A stretch of DNA of 64,000 nucleotides. Origin: Syntrophaceae bacterium. Lineage in GTDB: Bacteria > Desulfobacterota > Syntrophia > Syntrophales > UBA5619. Where the stretch lies: contig PLLC01000024.1 of assembly GCA_003141195.1 (NCBI GenBank), forward strand, positions 26,238 through 90,237, read 5' to 3'. Positions 61,499 to 64,000 of this stretch are shown piece after piece (position 1 is the first letter of the stretch; each line of letters begins with the position of its first letter). The notes under the pieces are model-generated. The model searched no databases. It was not told the origin of the DNA and saw only the letters and a program-made list of their open reading frames with translations. Position numbers and translations under genes: made by a program.

Positions 61499-61906
61499 AT
61501 GCATATCCACGTGACCTGCGCGATCATCGAGCGGGACGGTCTCGTCCTGGCCGCCCGGCGGAGCCGATCCATGCGCATGCCCCTCAAATGGGAATTCCCC
61601 GGTGGAAAGATCGAGCCGGGGGAGAGCCCGGAGGCGTGCCTCCACCGGGAGTTGATGGAGGAGATGGAGCTCCGCGTTGCCGTGAAGCGGGAGATGCCGC
61701 CCTCGACGCACGAATACCCGGCCTTCACGGTCACCCTGCATCCCTTCGTCTGCGAGATCCTCTCCGGGGAGATGACCCTGAACGAGCACCATGCCATCGC
61801 CTGGCTCAAACCGGAGGAATTGCCGGCCCTCGACTGGGTTGAAGCGGACCGGACGGTCGTCGCGACGTACCGGCGGAGAATCCGCGGGACGGACATTGCG
61901 GAGTGA
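61499..61906 (+). CDS. NUDIX hydrolase (MutT-like)
   Basis: 135 aa. Nudix box GGKIEPGESPEACLHRELMEEMEL. Confidence 0.9.
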   Translation: MHIHVTCAIIERDGLVLAARRSRSMRMPLKWEFPGGKIEPGESPEACLHRELMEEMELRVAVKREMPPSTHEYPAFTVTLHPFVCEILSGEMTLNEHHAIAWLKPEELPALDWVEADRTVVATYRRRIRGTDIAE

Positions 61907-61931
61907 GACCTTTGGAAATCATGATCCCTCC

Positions 61932-61974
61932 GCGCGCTGGATATTTTTCGACCCGAAAAATCTCCAATGCGCGC
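61932..61974. other. long imperfect hairpin after the NUDIX gene
   Basis: GCGCGC-TGGA-T-A-TTTTT-C pairs with G-AAAAA-T-C-TCCA-(AT)-GCGCGC around a GACCC loop. No U-tract follows. Confidence 0.6.
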
Positions 61975-62111
61975 TTCCGGAATTAAGATTTCCAAGTTGC
62001 GCAAAAGTAGCGGAATGATTTTGAATCTCTCCAGATCGGATTCGCCGAAGCCTGCCGCGGGGAGGTTCATTTACGGAGTGAAGCGGAATTTTCAGAAAGG
62101 GGAAAAGCACC

Positions 62112-62987
62112 ATGATGGATATCAGTGATCGGAATCCGAACGAGGAGAGAAGTCTCTCCAGGCGAATGTTTCTGAAGATTGGCGGGTGGTTGATCATGGC
62201 GGCGGGTATTTTGAGAATACCGGGAATCGCCCTTGCCCAGGAAAAGTCGGAAGTGATTTCCGAGAATGTTCGGTTTCCGGGTAAAGGGGGAATGGTGGGC
62301 GGGTATCTTTCCCGACCTGCCGGGAAAGGACCCTTCCCGGGGGTTATCGTGATCCATGAAAACAGGGGTGTCACGGATTATATTCGGGACGTGACCCAAA
62401 ATCTTGCGAAAGAGGGGTATGTCGGCCTTTCGGTGAACCTTGTTTCCCGAAGCCTCGGACCGGATTATCCCGGCGGTTCGGATGAAGCCATGAAGGCCCT
62501 CGGCCAATTATCGGATGCCGATGCGATGGCGGATCTGGACGCCGGCATGGAGTACCTTCAAAAACAGCCGGTCGTATTCACCAACTCCATCGGTTGCATG
62601 GGGTTTTGCATGGGGGGAAGATTCTCCCTCCTCTTCGCCGAGCACAGAAAAGACTTGAAGGCGGCGGTGGTCTTTTATGGCCGTACGATCAACAAAATAA
62701 CCCCGCTGCAACCCCATTCACCTATGGATCTGGTGCCGGAACTGGCGGCCCCGCTGCTCGGAAATTACGGGGCTTCGGACGCGGGCATCCCGGTCGACGA
62801 TGTCAGAAAGCTCGAAGAGGCGCTGAAGAAGAGCAACAAGACCTTTGATATCAAAATATATCCGGATGCAAAACACGCGTTTCACCAGGAGGGCCCGAAT
62901 TACCATGCGGAAGCGGCAAAGGACGCCTGGAAACGGTCCGTAAACTGGCTGGCAAAATACCTGAAGCCGCAACCCCCGAAAGGATAG
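62112..62987 (+). CDS. dienelactone hydrolase family protein with twin-arginine (Tat) signal
   Basis: 291 aa. SRRMFLKIGG Tat motif. GVIVIHENRGV and GCMGFCMGG nucleophile region typical of DLH. Confidence 0.85.
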   Translation: MMDISDRNPNEERSLSRRMFLKIGGWLIMAAGILRIPGIALAQEKSEVISENVRFPGKGGMVGGYLSRPAGKGPFPGVIVIHENRGVTDYIRDVTQNLAKEGYVGLSVNLVSRSLGPDYPGGSDEAMKALGQLSDADAMADLDAGMEYLQKQPVVFTNSIGCMGFCMGGRFSLLFAEHRKDLKAAVVFYGRTINKITPLQPHSPMDLVPELAAPLLGNYGASDAGIPVDDVRKLEEALKKSNKTFDIKIYPDAKHAFHQEGPNYHAEAAKDAWKRSVNWLAKYLKPQPPKG

Positions 62988-62996
62988 ATTCATCCG

Positions 62997-64000
62997 TGGA
63001 GGACGACCTGAGCCTGTTGATCAAACCCGTCTCCGCGGACTGCAACATGCGTTGCCGGTATTGCTTTTACCGGCGAACGACGGATCCCTATCGTTCCGAA
63101 GAGCGTCACATCATGGATGATATGACGCTCAAAACGATGATCTCTCAGTATATGAAATCGGCCGGAAGGTGCGCCTCGTTTGGCTGGCAGGGCGGGGAAC
63201 CGCTTCTGGCCGGCATCGGTTTTTTTAAGAGGGTTGTCGCCTATCAGCAAGCCTACGGCCTTTCGGGGCAACTGGTCGGCAACAACCTGCAGACCAACGG
63301 TCTTTTGATCGATGAGGCGTGGGCAAAATTCTTCCGGCAGTATAACTTCTTCATCGGTGTGAGCCTGGACGGTCCGGAGGAAGTTCACAATCGCTACCGT
63401 CACTCCGCAAACGGAAATGACGGTTTTCAGCGGACCCTGAAAGGAATCCGGACCCTCAGGGATCACCGGGTGGAATTCAGCATTCTTTCCGTGGTTAACG
63501 ATGTGACGGCGAAGAAACCGGCGGAACTCTATGATTTCTTCATCCGAAACGGGCTCGACCGGCTGCAGTTCATCCCCTGCCTTGAGATCAATGGCGAAAC
63601 CGGGAAGGTACAGGACTACTCGGTCACGGTGCAGGATTACCGGGATTTTCTCTGCACCCTGTTCGATCTCTGGTACAACCACGGCCGACCGGTGGCCTCG
63701 ATAAGGCTTTTTGAAAATATCCTGGCCATCTATCTGGGCCGGGACCCGGAGATCTGCGCCTTCAAGGACCGGTGCGGCAGCTATCGGGTCGTTGAATACA
63801 ATGGCGATGTCTATCCCTGTGATTTTTTTGTGGAAGATCAATGGATGTTGGGGAATTTGCTGGATACGTCGATCCACGATCTGCTGAAGAAGCGGAAGAG
63901 CCGGGAATTCAACGGCCGAAAAATGGAGGGATCGCCCGTCTGTAAACCCTGTGAATGGAATTTCATCTGTCATTTCGGCTGTCAGCATTACCGCTTGTCT
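62997..64000 (+). CDS. radical SAM/SPASM-domain maturase (anaerobic sulfatase-maturating enzyme-like), 3'-truncated by window edge
   Basis: Open frame from GTG 62997 to the window end with no stop: VEDDLSLLIKPVSADCNMRCRYCFY... (CxxxCxxC), GGEPLL, later C-rich SPASM region CAFKDRCGS...YPCDFF...CKPCEWNFICHFGC. The track only lists the antisense ORF 62990-63988. Confidence 0.75.

Noticed and set aside
62990-63988. 332-aa minus-strand ORF at the right edge
   Set aside because: It is antisense to an uninterrupted plus-strand frame encoding radical SAM and SPASM motifs. The plus-strand gene is absent from the track only because it lacks a stop within the window.
1-64000. Search by eye for tRNA, rRNA, CRISPR arrays, transposases, phage or defence-system genes
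   Set aside because: I found no T-arm/anticodon-arm patterns, rRNA-like segments, regularly spaced direct repeats, or DDE/serine/tyrosine recombinase signatures. Absence should be confirmed with tRNAscan-SE, Infernal and CRISPR finders.

Overview
Gene-dense 64 kb bacterial chromosomal fragment, GC-rich apart from a few AT-rich islands. The gene content suggests a strict anaerobe of the syntrophic or sulfate-reducing Deltaproteobacteria type; this is inference only. That content includes an AbfD-type dehydratase with an HgdC-type activase, radical SAM enzymes, a selenoprotein, CcdA/TlpA and many REP-like hairpins. Left to right: hisF 3' end; a secreted PLC/P1-nuclease-like protein; an orphan TAXI-type binding protein. 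A long minus-strand catabolic block (3.7-19.96 kb) follows. It looks like a Thermotoga-type inositol pathway (IolG-, IolM-, IolN-, IolO-like genes) with duplicated PfkB kinase/TIM-barrel modules, a LacI regulator with a cre-like operator, and two paralogous ABC importers. Next come pdxST, a degenerate MlaE-like ORF, a FAH hydrolase, htrA, an endonuclease III-like gene, a PHP hydrolase, a 5S-type carboxyltransferase and DUF374. A minus-strand SDR/AbfD-like/activase/SDR cluster contains a chimeric gene scar. Then come a J-domain protein, an ABHD18-like hydrolase, a DUF362 ferredoxin, ccdA-tlpA, a frameshifted GAF-GAF-PAS adenylate cyclase, an MTH1187-like protein and mutM. A kamA (lysine 2,3-aminomutase) operon carries two Ddl-like ATP-grasp ligases, a DUF486 membrane protein and a GNAT. 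After it are DUF47-PiT and a third ABC importer coupled to a HAD phosphatase. An integron-like cassette array (56.4-60.7 kb, six attC-like sites, no integrase) includes an unannotated SelW-like selenoprotein gene. The window ends with NUDIX, a Tat-exported dienelactone hydrolase, and a radical SAM/SPASM maturase gene cut by the window edge (missed by the ORF track). I recognised no rRNA, tRNA or CRISPR by eye. The ORF track uses the longest ORF with alternative start codons, so several starts were moved to ATG/GTG codons with Shine-Dalgarno support.
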